Positions 40,601-54,170 of a stretch of 64,000 bases of DNA are shown here, in pieces. The notes under the pieces were generated by a model, which worked only from the letters and a program-made list of their open reading frames with translations, ran no database searches and was not told the origin of the DNA. Origin of the DNA: Owenia fusiformis (taxonomy: Eukaryota); the NCBI GenBank assembly GCA_903813345.2, contig CAIIXF020000001.1:24366001-24430000 (forward strand), given 5' to 3'. Each line of letters starts with the position of its first letter. Position 1 is the stretch's first letter. The translations under genes and the position numbers were made by a program.

Positions 40601-42112
40601 TGACAGATCGCGTGGACACGACGTGTGACTTATGACTTTAGGCTGATTGACCAATCAAAACGTTATGAGGTTGACCTGCATAAAGAAAGCAAACATCCTA
40701 GCCTGTCTACGACTTGAAATTCAATGATCTGATCCAGTGTTTCTTAAAGAGTTACAATATATTATGTAATTAAATGTACATTGGAATGAAAGATTCATTA
40801 ATATAAATTAAATCATGCAATTCAATGTTCATTTAAAACTGATTTCGTGATGAAAATGCACAAAGACCTAGGCAGTGTTGCGGGTCATGTAGTCGTCGAT
40901 CAGTGATTGAATCTCAGCCTACATGTTCGATCATTTGAATTCAGCGATCGATTCAACGTTTATTGTTGAAATCTTCTCACCTCCAGTTATTCAATCGATG
41001 CTCCAGCATCCACTAAACTCTGATTGATACTTATCTGTGATTAAGTGTCATTTTATAAAAAGTTTTAATCACAGGCTGGTATCGAAACATTTGTCCGCTG
41101 TGACGGAGCATGCTATTTTGCATAGAAACACTAGGAAATCCACACAATTTATTTTTTACTCATATGTTTCGCTATATCAAAGCAATTACCTACTCCATAC
41201 AATTGATATATCATTTGCGGGTAACTTTAACTTCTGTTTTAAGTCCAACAATGCTAAGAGTAAATTAAAGCTATTGAAAACGGCGCCAGAGTATCATACT
41301 CCAAAATGTACCATTTCTTTTATTTCTTTTTAATGGTACAATATAGTGGCACGATAATATTTACATATGTTTTCAGCATAACTCTGAAGGTATTAATGAG
41401 ATATTGATGTATTGGGTATTTTTAAGAAAATTTATAAAAAATAATGTTTAAATTTTTTGTCCGCTGTGACGGAGCAGCTAATCTGAAGAATTTAAGATTC
41501 ATAATATATCTTTTACAACTACACTTTAGAGGAGCGAATGTGTCAAATCTCTTTTCTAAAGTATTCTGAAAAATTAAACGTAATAAAAGTACACAATTCA
41601 AATTCTGGGATGTATATACGATCACTCTTTAAGCTTTTTTCTCAGTTTGTACTGCAATCCAACTTATACAAGGTAACTCATTAAAATGATAGTCACTTTC
41701 ATTTCAGTATAGGGTATTTGCCTTCCGTAGTGCCTACTGTGGATCCATCACCTGACATGGTCATTTTTTACGGTAACTTGATTATTTGAAGTAAAATTAT
41801 TTGATGAAGATGAAGCTAAATACATATAATGGTATGAACTGTGGATTGTTCTACCCTCTATAGTCGTTCCAAAAGGTAAGTGGAGTGTATCTTGAAATAC
41901 GAAAATGCAAAATTAGATTTTAAGATTGTTTTTTATTTGAATAAGAGTTATGGTAATCTGATGCAACTGCAGTAAAACATGTGTACAGTGAACACATATG
42001 GAGCCCCAAAAATGTGTTCTCAGTTAGTAGATGTTCACTCCATAGGGGAAATTTCATACAGAGGAATATATGATAAGAAGAGTTCACTAGACATGCTAGA
42101 GAAAGATGTTCA

Positions 42113-42480
42113 TTATCCCACCAAACGAAGTTCGAGGGGGATATAGAAAAGCTGTCCGTCTGTTCGTGTGTCCGGGCAATAACTCAAATACCGGTTGAAG
42201 GATTTCATTCAAATTTTATAGGCTTATGCCTTATGGGTGTAGGAACTCTGCTCGAGAAGGAATTTTCAATATGGCCACTAAATTCAAAATGGCGGCCATT
42301 TTTCCGAAAAAATATAATCTTTGATTACTCAAATACTATGATGGATGGATTTGGTTCAAATTTTATATGCTCTTGCCCAGGTACAAAGGAGCCTTGCTGA
42401 AGAAGACATTTTCAAGATGGCCACCATATTTCAAAATGGCGGCCATTTTTTGTAAAACACGTTATATTTGATAACTGAAG
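42113..42480 (+). mobile_element. Partial HINE-like element (5' hairpin, gtcc/gtct tract, aaaatggcggcc units)
   Basis: ttatcccaccaaacgaagttcgagggggatatag..gtccgtctgt, followed by two repeat units. Confidence 0.45.
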
Positions 42481-44610
42481 TACCATTGAATGGTAGAAAA
42501 CAGTTTGCATTGTGTTAAAAGGATTTCAGCCCTGGACTCAATGCATTTTGGAATCAACATTGCTTCCAGGCGATGTTTCCTCTCAACAAATGGTCCAGGG
42601 CTTAAATTCTTAAATGAATGCCCTATTCCGACCTTGTATTTTCTGTTTGACCCTAAGTGAGATATCGATGTCATTACTTGATATATTTGCATCACCTTGT
42701 TTTCCAGAATTCTTGGTATTACAGTTTGTAAAGAAGAAGAGACCAGAATGTATCTGTACGACTGTGATTTAAAGAGTTCTAGGATTATGCAAGCTGTTAC
42801 ATCATTCGTATATAAGCATGTAAGTATTGTTGTATGGTAGACACCCGGGGGATCAGGGTCGAATATGAGGACCCCAATAACCCGGGCTGGTGGACTGTAC
42901 ATCAGATTTCACAGTTCATAGAAAATAAGAAAGAAAATCTCATATAAACTAGTACAAGACTCTTCCATAGATTTTAATTTTAAAAAGAATTATGATCGGG
43001 TGAATTGTAATTATCTTGTCATACATTACCTAAGAAAAATATAATTGTTTATAGGAGTCCTATTCCTTCGTTCCTCGTAAGTGCTTGGTATCGTGTTATA
43101 TATTTATGTTTGGCCTCTACTAATAACATTTTATAATATACAGGGTTGACCAAAAACTTGGAATACTAAAATTTAATTGTTATAGAATTTCAATTGCTGA
43201 GTGACTACATGTATTTTTTTATTCATCTCATGTTTAAATGTGCCTAATCACTTATTGAATTCAGTTCACAAGGACCACAAGTTGTTTGAAGAATTCAATT
43301 CATATTGAAATATCAGATGGGCAGCAGATCATCTGAGCAATCGAAGGAACAATCATCATAATAACATCATTATCTTGAGTATTTCTACACTGCTTTTTCG
43401 TGTTTGTTCATTATTTTATAATATCTCATAGCTCAAAATATTGATTGAGTTGGTTTTGTTCATATTTTCTAAGTTAAAGTATCCAGGGGTCCATTAACAA
43501 GAACTTTGTAAAGTTAAGAATTCGTAAAACCTTGTGATGTCATTATATCCATGGTTACAACAATTGATTTACTTATTTGTAACTTAAGAAGTTTCTGTTG
43601 ATGACCTCCTGACTTATCCTTTGATAGGCTTATGTTGAAATACCTACCAGTTATTGAATTTGGTGCCTGTGGTGTTTTGGATAAATGAATGTGGGTAAAG
43701 CAAACCTGATAACAAGAGCTTGCTTGGGTAGTATCATGGCTGTCCTATGGGGCTTAATGTGTTTGCAAGCCTTGTGGTATTTTCAGCTCAACAATGATCC
43801 CCAATGCTCACAATCTCATCTTTGCTTTTCCCAATGAAATGTTTATTGTTTTGATGGGATTCGACACTCCATAGAGTTTGTTTATCTTCATGTTGTGTTA
43901 TATAATGAATTGTTATTTTACTGGGTCAGAGTATTCCCTCCACCACAACCATACATATGATCAACCAACCATCTTACCAATCCACCATTGTACCCACCAG
44001 CCAACCATCCATTCATCCAATCAATCCAAACCAACCATCTATCAAGCAATGATACAACCAACCAACCATCTTACCAATTAACCAAATGACAATACAACCA
44101 ACACACCATAAACCTACTGGCAGGGAAAATATTTAGTCCCAGTATTTCACCTAAACATATGAAACAATGTGAAACATATTGTCTTAATTTTGTCCTCTTA
44201 ACAAATGTTTAGGTGGAATAGTGGGAGTTTCATACTCGTTGGGCGTTTATACTTTGGATGTTACATAAATTGCTCGTATGTGATTGCTTTACAGGACTTT
44301 GGAATCACCAGGAATGAGTATATGTTATACTTAAGTTAAATTGTACAAGAACCATCAGATTAGTCAGATAAGTATACACTATGCTTAATACTACATGTAT
44401 AATAAATAATAAGAATTTAAAGAATTTAAATGAATCTTAAGTAGTACCTAATTTAGATTTATCATCCATCTTGAATCTTTAATAGTATATTCTTTATGTT
44501 GGCGTAATTGATTCATTATTTATGAGCTATATGTATATAAATGAGGCATATGTATGTAACTTTTTGATTTTAAAATCAGTTCTTAGCTTGTGGTAAAATT
44601 ATATTTTCAG

Positions 44611-45525
44611 GTCCTCCAAGCCTTCATTTTCAAGTGGAAGGAAGGATTCATACCCAATCTACGGGAAGAAGAAGGCATACTTGCCCGAGTTGTTACAAGA
44701 AGTATAGGGATCTTCCAAAACACATAAGACAGGTCCACAAAAAAGACGCAAATTATAAAATACCTGAAAACTATAAAGAATTGTACAAACACGAGTACTC
44801 AAGACAAAGTAAAAATAAATATCGAGGCCGTGTTTATAAGTACAAGGAATGCAAGAAATGTGGAAAAATGTACAGAGATTAGACAAGCATAAATGTAGTT
44901 CTAATGTACTCTTAAATGAAAGCAAACTAAATAACAAATTAGACAAATTAGACACAGATTTTATCGATTGGCAAAAAGGATCGGCCAAAATGTGAAATTT
45001 GTACTGGGCCTGCATGAAGATGTTGGTGGATTTCAGCCACAGGACCACAATTTAATTTATGCAAAATTCATTGAACCTGCCATTAACGGAAAGTTTAGTA
45101 ATATAAAGCAGGCCAGTACTGTTAAAGCATATCTTGAAAGACTGCAAGTTTATTATAAGTATCTCTTACTGAAAAAATGTACAATATCAGAATCAGAGTA
45201 CAGCATTTTTGTCAAACAAAATCGTATCTGGTGTAATTCCATGGCGCTACAAAACAAGAAAAGAAACCTAGAAAATAAGGCCGAAGGGGAAAAAAACTTG
45301 CCAACTAAGGAGGAAGTGCACAAATATTTAACATCAGAATTTGTTTCAAATGTAAAAAAACTATTCGTAAAAGAAACTCCCAGCATTTCAGAACTCAACA
45401 AAATGAGGAATTACCTTATCACTATAGCTGTAATTATAAATGCTTGCAGAGCAGGTCCTGTCATAAACCTTGAACCAAGGCATGTTCTGAACGCAAATAG
45501 AAAAAATGAGAGATATGTCTACCAT
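44611..45525 (+). pseudogene. Tyrosine recombinase gene, exon A (C2H2-like fingers, helical core-binding region, catalytic Arg I); two frameshifts
   Basis: Acceptor attttcAG at 44610. CPSCYKKYRDLPKHIRQVH and CKKCGKMY(fs)LDKHKC; second frameshift near 44970; then MRNYLITIAVIINACRAGPVINL...ERYVYH. Donor GTGAGT at 45526, phase 0. Confidence 0.8.
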
Positions 45526-46065
45526 GTGAGTATCCTAATGGTCTGGCAAAAAAGGCCGTTCACTTTTATTATATTATTTGTTACCACAGGCTGGTATTAA
45601 AAGATTTGTCCGCTGTGACTAGCATGATATTTTTCATAAAAACACTGCCATGATGAATCTAACACTTCATAACCTAATGTGAAAATCTTCAATATACAGT
45701 ATTTGCCATTTAAAGTGTTCCTGATAAATATTCATTTTTTAACAAATGCACCAATAATGATATATCATTTTAAAGATGATTTAATTTGCAACAAAATGAT
45801 TTAAAAATAAACAAATTTAACCACCCTGGCTTGAGATATAACCTAATAAATATGATAATCAACGGGATAGGCTATATCATGTATCAGTAAGCAAAAGAGT
45901 GATCTTAGAAAATAAAGGAACCAATCATTACTTCCGCAACACTAAATTTGAACCCAGAATGATGTATCATAGTTTGTTCATTTGTTAACAAACAAATATT
46001 TATCAAGAATATTGGCTAGGGGGTGGGTTTTTTGACCCACCCTGTATAATATGTCAAATTGTTAA

Positions 46066-46382
46066 GGTGCCATAACAAAACAGGAATATATTTGGGCACA
46101 TTTTCTGAAAAATTCAAGATTCTGTTCTGTGACCTTCCCTAGCTCCTACTTTTAGCTATTTTTTCAGTCACATTTTCAATGGGCTGAAAAGGTTATTTCA
46201 TCATGTTAAGGGTCATTCTGACCATGCAAATTATGATTTTGGTCATGTAAATGATATGTGGAAATAGTTTAATTGACTGGAGGTCAAAACAGAACTCTAT
46301 TATCTTTGTTCAAAAAATGTCTAAAAATGCAGATTTTTTATCACTTCCTGTTTTGTCATTTCCTGTTAAGTATCATGGCACC
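46066..46382. mobile_element. Kolobok-like MITE in recombinase intron 1
   Basis: TTAA|ggtgccat ... atggcacc|TTAA. Confidence 0.65.
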
Positions 46383-46474
46383 TTAAGATGTGATTTTGAT
46401 TTTCTTTATTGAACATAGTGATGTATGCTCTTCTTGTTTCAAGTACATGATATTTAATCTTACATTATTGTATA

Positions 46475-46685
46475 CAGAGTGACCCAAAAAATGTTTACTA
46501 GTTGTTTTACCATCGCCTATTATTCATTTTCAATTAAAATATCAAATGAGTCTTTCATTTTATAAATTAATTTTCTGTAACAAATTTGATATCAAATTAT
46601 CATCCAAGTTTATGCACATAAAAATTTGATTGATAGGATAGAAATCATTACACTTTTAGAGGGTTCTGTTTTTTGGGTCACCCTG
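46475..46685. mobile_element. Tc1-like MITE in recombinase intron 1
   Basis: TA|cagagtgacccaaaaaa ... ttttttgggtcaccctg|TA. Confidence 0.75.
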
Positions 46686-46704
46686 TATGTTATCATCATT
46701 ATAG

Positions 46705-46983
46705 GTTATTGAGGGTCAGAAGACCATGAAAAGCAGTGGGGCTGCCCAGCTTGTGCAGGATCCTGAAGTCCATGAGAATTTTGTGCAGTTCTTGCAAATG
46801 AAAAAAGCCCATTTTGGGGAAATGGGAAAATATGTTTTTTCAAATTTACAAACCTCTGCATCCAAGAAGGACCAAATATCAGCTAGTACTTTGGCAAGTG
46901 CCATTAATGCCCAGCTGCTTGCAGCTATAGGCTACGACAAGAAGGCTAGCTGCACTATCTTTAGGAAGTTTGCTGTGTCTCTT
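46705..46983 (+). CDS. Tyrosine recombinase gene, exon B (catalytic Lys and Arg II)
   Basis: Acceptor attatAG at 46704; 279 nt open: VIEGQKTMKSSGAAQLV...YVFSN...ASCTIFRKFAVSL. Donor GTGAGT at 46984; phase 0 at both ends. Confidence 0.8.
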
Positions 46984-47203
46984 GTGAGTTCTATAAATTG
47001 CACCTACCAAATGCCACTGGTGGATATCAAGCAAATATGTAAATATGTCAAGGGAGGTTGTATAATATACCATAATGAGAGTAATCACAGCCAACATATA
47101 CTTTTTTTATAATTACTCAGATGCGAGTAGGTAGTTAGCAGTTTCGCCACAAGGTGGCTGACTCGGGGAATTAACATGGCAGGGTATTACAAAATTCCCT
47201 TAA

Positions 47204-47659
47204 AGCCCCCGATAAATCGGGCTACGTATACCGCCGTGTTTACATTAGGGGATTAGAAGAGTTTATTTTTACTTTAGGTATGCAAGCAATATCAATATTT
47301 GGCCTTCATGCATGTACTCGTGTGTACAATCAGCATGCCCTTCAATATTATATAAGTCAGGCTATTCAAGTACAACATAATGTACACTATTTATGTGTGT
47401 ACTATATGGGAATACAATTCCCTGGGAAACAAAACACAAATACTTTTTATATGTTCAAAATGAGCCATTTGATTGATGCATACACTTAATACCTTCATAT
47501 ATAAACATCTACAAAGTATATCTATGCCTGGTTACGATTATACGGGAAATCAACACGGGACGATAGTTGTTCACCTTCCTGGCTTACCTCTGAAGCCTGT
47601 ACCCTGTAATCTCTTTATATAGGTTAGCGGGAGCGCAGTTTTAAACTTAGGCGCACACT
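47204..47659 (+). repeat. Copy of the 31549-32042 repeat, inside recombinase intron 2
   Basis: Direct sequence similarity; TTAA at both ends. Confidence 0.8.
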
Positions 47660-49057
47660 TTAAAGATTCTCGCAATCTTTGTCCAATCAGCGTTTGCGAT
47701 GTGTACCGGCTCACGTATAAAAGGCGAATCCAACTCAAATCCATGCAGGGGTGTATGAGGTACTCGAATAGGAAAGAGCTCGTGAAATCTGAATTTATAT
47801 GCACATGGTCAATGTTTACACATGTTTGGAGTTATTGAAGAAAATTTGATATGGGTGTGGTTCCGAACTTGAGGTCATTGCTGGAAAATATGATTTTAAT
47901 ACGTGAAATTATATCGATGAATACAGCACTAAAAATAACAGTACACATGAAGTACATGTATGATTGTGTCCAGAAATGTTTGAAACCCTTACGGAAAATT
48001 CTGTCTGCATTTTGTCACCATTGCTCTTTCTTCCCGCATTCTAGTGCTGTTTGAATGAATATATTAATAAATGTATTTCTAACTAAAATATATCACATTT
48101 TTTTTATAAACCACAAACATTTAGATCATAAAAAAATTATTCAATACTTGAGTGAGCACGATATGCAAGGGTTACTAAGTTGACACAGTATGACCACTGA
48201 TATTGTGTTAGTCCATGCACACAGCGTAACACCCCTCACTTGCATAGTGAAGTGACTAATTGGTTTATGTTTACGTTTTAATGTGTTTTGTGTTCCTTGT
48301 TACAGCAAGGGGGGCCAGTAAAGTAGACTAACATGTTTACATGGCAATTTTTGATCGAATATGTGAGACACTTTAAACTTGAATATGCATCAGTTTTAGT
48401 GTTTCACTTTTCATATTGCCCCTATGTATGTGATAGCTATACAAATTAAAATATGTCCATTAAAAGATAATATTATCTGCCCAACACAAGAAAAGATATT
48501 CCACTTTTTGTAGTTTTACAACATGGGGTCTATGGGGAATCCCGCCTACCTAGAAGTCACATTTTCAAAGAAAATTAAATTTTCAAAGTTGATAAACTCT
48601 TCAAAACCACATTTTTAGATGTAATGTTATATGTAGATTCCAAATATGACACCAGTTTGACTGAATTGTGAATTTTTAATGATGTAAATCAAGATCAGTT
48701 CTACTCGCATCTAGGATATTGGCCAAACCCAAAAACAAGATATAATTAGGAATATTCTCCATATCATCTAGACAGGCGAATGATGATTAAGTTATAACAT
48801 GATTCAGTTTCCCTTGCTTGATATCTACCAGTGAATACTTAAAGCTCATATACAGATATAACACTGGTGATCCGCTGGATTATGCTGGTTAGGGAAACAG
48901 TTCGTTTCGGCTATATGAGCTATATTAGAGGTGATTCAAAAGTAATGGACAAAATTTTAAAAGCATACTTTACGTTACTCAGTCAGTCTAATCTTTTGAA
49001 TGATAGTTGAATATTTTAGCCATATCTGTTTATTATATAAAGTGAGGATAATTTTAG

Positions 49058-49240
49058 ATGTGCCATCTTGACCCCGGGCAAGAGGACCGCCAAAGGCTTG
49101 CCGGGCACATGAAGCATAGCATGACAATGCAGAGGGAGGTCTATGATCTGCATGATCAATCCCATAATGCCACCACCGTCCACAGCCTCATCAGTAATGT
49201 GCTGATGGACCAGGACGAGGACTTAGTAGAAGGAGGTTAG
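49058..49240 (+). CDS. Tyrosine recombinase gene, exon C (catalytic His and Tyr nucleophile)
   Basis: Acceptor attttAG at 49057; MCHLDPGQEDRQRLAGHMKHSMTMQREVYDL matches the YR box II pattern LAxxMxHSxxxxxxxY. Ends at TAG 49240 or splices at GTTAGA 49236. Confidence 0.8.
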   Translation: MCHLDPGQEDRQRLAGHMKHSMTMQREVYDLHDQSHNATTVHSLISNVLMDQDEDLVEGG

Positions 49241-51919
49241 ACAACCTAAGGAATTCCTTACATTTATATTGTATAAACAAGATTCAAGATATCCAAAAAT
49301 ATGACATAAAACTTAATTAGATAAGGCGTGGAAAATATTGTTACAAAACACTGTTAAAACCCTGTTCTTCAGGGACAGTTAATGAATCCAGTTTAGTGGA
49401 TGCTGCTCTTGTTGTAGGCGATGGGGAAGAAAACCTTGCGACAGTATGTGTGAATGTTGTATTGACATTATTGTGTTATTTTTTTCTATTTTAGCAATTA
49501 CATTATGCTGATTGTATTAACAACTGTTTGAATTACAGATTACAGTTAACCTTGTCTTTATGAATACCATTCACTGGAAATTGCTAATAAATTCCCATCA
49601 TGAAAATTATTGAAGAAAAAAGCCAGCAATCATTTCATTTTCCTACCAACCCAAGAAATTGAAATTGCACAAGCTTAACTGTACAGTACTTAGTGTAGTG
49701 TTTTCTCATAAATAATGAGATTATTTATTATTTATGAGAAAATTACAAATACTCTTGTTAATTTGTTTATTTATGAGTGTTGTTACTTTTAAGTGTTTAC
49801 AAGGGTGAAGATTGCAGGACTTTGTCAGATAAGTACACTTATGCTTTGTTAATTTGTTCTACTCAATTTTTTAACATGAATTAACATTTAAATGAAAACA
49901 AAAACACACTATATTTTTTATACCTGTGTCATACTCGTTGCTGTCTGGATTAAAAGTTAAAACTTAAATTCATAATGTTATGCTGAGACAAAATCCAATT
50001 AGAAAACATTTGATTATTAGTTTGAATGTATAGGTTCGCCTGACTTTTAACATCAGCCCATAGCTCAGATTATCATTCAGTGTTTTCATTAAATGATGAT
50101 GTATGTTGTACCCATACTTTTGTCTAAAAAGTAGAACTATTTATTTTTTCAGATGTCTGATGCAGAGATGCCATCCAATGAGAACCATCCAGCTGTAAGT
50201 ATCTCTTTTTTGCTTGAATGGGTAGAATGGGACTAAGGAATTTTCTGGTATATTGGTCCATTGTCCATTGTATGAGGGGTGATTCAAAAGTTATAAACAA
50301 CATTTTATAGGCATACTTAACATTGTGTTTCAACCTTGCAATAAAGAAACGTCTCCTTCACAATAAATTAAAGTTAAAGAAAGAATTATTTTGTATACAT
50401 GTATTTGCCTTTCCAGGATGGTGAAATAGTGATAGTGAAAATGATGACCCACAACATCCAAAGACATCACATGTGTTTATTTTTTGTTTTACAGGAAAGT
50501 CTAAATGATTCCCTGGTTCCCCTTTAAAAAGTGATAATTCAATCAAATGCATAGCATTCATCCTGAGTCTTGTCAAAAAAGTTAAGTTATTCTTAACGAA
50601 GATAAAATATTCTGAGACGTCAATATCTTTATATTTTTTCTTTTTTAGGAAACATATAATGAGTTGGTAGAACAAAACAAAAGGCGGAACAGAGAATTTA
50701 TTTATTTATAATTTATTTATTAATCCATTAATCCATAAACAAAACAAAAATAATTTGGCAAGGCAAAACAAACCTTATTACAGAGATACTCTCAGTTTGA
50801 TTAGAGTCTGCTATAAAGGAAGCATCTTATGTAATTTAATTATTCCTTACACAGAACTTGATAAATTATAATTTGCCAAAGAACAATAACTTAATCCATA
50901 GATCCATAAATAAAAATGAAGTACAAAAATTCTGAAAATATTATTTTCAGTTTCATATACTTGCTATTTGAGATTTCTTAGCACTTATTGAAGCAATTGA
51001 ATAAAGAAATAAACCCTCAAAAATCTGAAAACACTTTTTAAATTTTTAAGCCCCCCCCCCCTTTAGCATGAAATAGAGAATATAAATAAATATATAGTAT
51101 AACACAAGGTGAAAATAAATATAACAGAAACTATGACTATGAACCCTATTTCTGGTCAAGCAATTTAATTAGCTGTCCCACCGTTTTAATTAGCTGTTCA
51201 ACTGTTTTAATTGGCTGTTCAAGCATTTTGATTTGCCTAAACCTATGAGAATGTTAATATGTAGTACAGTAGTAGGTATTGTTGTGTTGAGCATTATTAT
51301 AAAAAATATTTGCCAAGAAAGAACATGATAATTAAATCTGTGGTGAATAATGTGTTTCACACATAATATACAGTCAATATCAAAATAGTTATCTTGTTTG
51401 TATTTTTTAAAGTTAGTGAGTCATACTCTTGATATGAGGTGTTAACTACACATAATATTGATACATTTGAAAAACATTCTCACTAAATATTTGGAGATTT
51501 GCTCAATTCTTTTCATAATTAACATTAAAGATACATCATTTTGGCCATATCAGATAAAAGGAAATAAAAACCCTACATATCAGTCTTACAGACTGGGCAT
51601 TATGTCTCAGCTACTATATAGAAAGCATATTACTATAAAAATATAAATTCTGTATACAAAGTTTTCAAACCTGTATGTTATAAAATAATATGGATAATCT
51701 ATTATTTTTTAAAAGTCATTTTATTCTAATAGATTTTTTTTAATAGAAATATGAGATTTTTATATAAACATACCCCATTATATATTAATTAGGGACAGAA
51801 ATCACTAAGATCACCTGATTCAGTTTAATCAAGCGCTTCCAAATTGGTTATAGCAGGGGGAAGGAGGTACGGATTCTGGATACCTGCTTTGGAGGATGGC
51901 TGATGAACATGCCAATATT

Positions 51920-52140
51920 GTGTTGAATTTTGCCAATAGTTAACTGAATACTGCCAAAAGCTTAATGAATACTGTCAATAGTTTAATGAATACTGGCAAT
52001 AGTTTAATGAATACTGGAAAAAGTTATTGAATACTATTATGAATACTAACAATTAGTTCATTGAATACTGGCAATAATATAATGAATACTGGCAATAGTT
52101 TATTGAATACTGCCAATATTATAATAAATGCTGGCAATAG
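51920..52140. repeat. 21-bp minisatellite
   Basis: About ten degenerate copies of gaatactggcaatagtttaat. Confidence 0.8.
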
Positions 52141-54170
52141 AACATCCTTCTTCAAAGGACTTCATTTATGCTTAAATTCAGCCCTTCACTTAAGCCCAGT
52201 TAGTTTCATTTTAGGGGTCATAAATAAGCTGAGTTTCCTAGTGGTCAACGCAGAAAATGCGTTACCAATCACAATGCTCTATACTAATTTCAATGGGCAT
52301 GTTTTGTCCCTCCTCTGTTTATGACCCTTAATAGGATGTAAATTACTTATAAATTGGATTCTTAAAGAGAAATGCATCCAGACTGGGGCAATAAACTCAT
52401 TAGTGAACATGACATATTGCAACCATTTACATTTCAATGTGAAATGGTTGCAGTTTGCAATGGTTGCAGATTACAATGATTGTAAAGAAACGGTTGTGCA
52501 GTCGTTGAAAAAGAGTTGACTTTGCTTGGTTGAACGCAATGGTTGCACAATGATTGCTTATCATTGTACAATGGTTTTTCCTTTGATCTTAGTAGTTGAA
52601 ACAATCAGTATTCAATGATTGATGGAAATGCTTTAAATTCGGACTTTCAAGGTTGAATTTTTTATAAGGGTACCATAAAGTATAATTCTATTCAACTTCT
52701 TCGTCACCGTAAGAGTCTTGAACAAGGTCCTGATGTATAAAACTTCAATTTGAATAAATCCAACATCATGATTTAAGATTTCCATCAACAAAAAGCGGCG
52801 ATATGAACTATGGTACGAGCATTGCACTTTTTACGACTTCCTGGATGGACTTTTAGCATTCTTTTATGCCTCAATAGTAACAGGCTTTCGAGATAATAAA
52901 AGTGCTTGTCTTGTGTTTTATGTAAGTTTCTCACTGTGCATGACTTGAAGGGTGTTCTATCTTATATCGTGTATCTATTGCTCTCATGACGTTGTATCAG
53001 TTTTCGAGGTTATCTCAACAAATATAAGACATAGGCGAGATATAAAGGTCCTTCATCATTCTTGGTCCCATACATATTAGACATTAGGTTCACCTTTAAT
53101 AGTTAGCAAGTTGCTTAAAATAAATCGTTCATATCCAAAGCCTCTTCAATCTGAACACCTCCCAATATGAACACTTTCTCGGTTCCTCTATACAATGTAT
53201 GGTAGTATAGGGTTTGTTTCATTTTGACTGACCATACTTCATACCTTATTTTTCCTGCTTTCCGTTTCTATAGAGCGCAGATGGCATTAGCACCGAAACC
53301 TGCCTTCACCAAGAAACATATATATGTCCGAAGGTATATTAGTACAGTTCCGACCGAGCAAAACTTCAGTCGGTTATTAGCCACTGATAACCTTTACGCA
53401 GATTGGGGGCGGGGCCAGGTGCAAAACTTACACAGCCTCTTGAGCACTTAGTTTACATGAAGCTAGATTGCTAGTTAGTCCCGCGACCCCTCTCCAAACT
53501 CCCACAATCTTTACAATACAGTAACAGTATGGTTCGCCCGTCACCGATCTGCTCATATTTTGTGAACATATGTTTGGTTTATTGCAGATGGTTTTACTGA
53601 AACATTCATATTTATGAAATAACTCAGATCTAAGAATGTAAATTGTATTTATCGTGTATTTCTTTATATACTATATTGTATTCCTCAGTTTGTTCTGTCA
53701 GACTTGGTCTTGCTATTTTGAATAATTGTTCAACACTATCTTAAAGTGTCTTTCAAAGACTTAGAAGGAGAATTTGAGATTTCGAGCCATATGTCTCAAG
53801 AAAATGCTCTTACCTTTCTAGTAGGATGAGTTCATGTGCCAAAAACAGCTGATCAAAGGATATATATCATTTTCCAATTGACAATTTTTGTTGAGCCCTG
53901 CATTTTTAACACTGTTTTTGACAGGAAGTCATACCCAAAATGAAAACTGAATAAAACAACATTTATCCTAAATGTAGATCAAAATACTTACTCAGACATG
54001 CAAAATGTTATTATTAGTAGTAATGCTGATCATTTTTAAGAAATTTAAGCATGTAAATAAGACTTTTTTCGTCCATGATTATATAGATAAATAAAACTAT
54101 ACAAAACGTGCATTATATCCTGGATTACAATTTATATAATAGTAAAATAGGATTTACACAGCATTACATG

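Noticed and set aside
42462-42902. 146-aa minus-strand ORF
   Set aside because: No recognisable motif or convincing splice context; left unassigned.
43940-44115. His/Gln/Pro/Thr-rich ORF
   Set aside because: Degenerate (ACCA)n low-complexity tract.
44611-49240. DIRS/Ngaro retrotransposon assignment for the recombinase
   Set aside because: No adjacent gag/RT/RNase H or split repeats, and the gene has long introns. The nearby RT belongs to a Gypsy element with its own DDE integrase.
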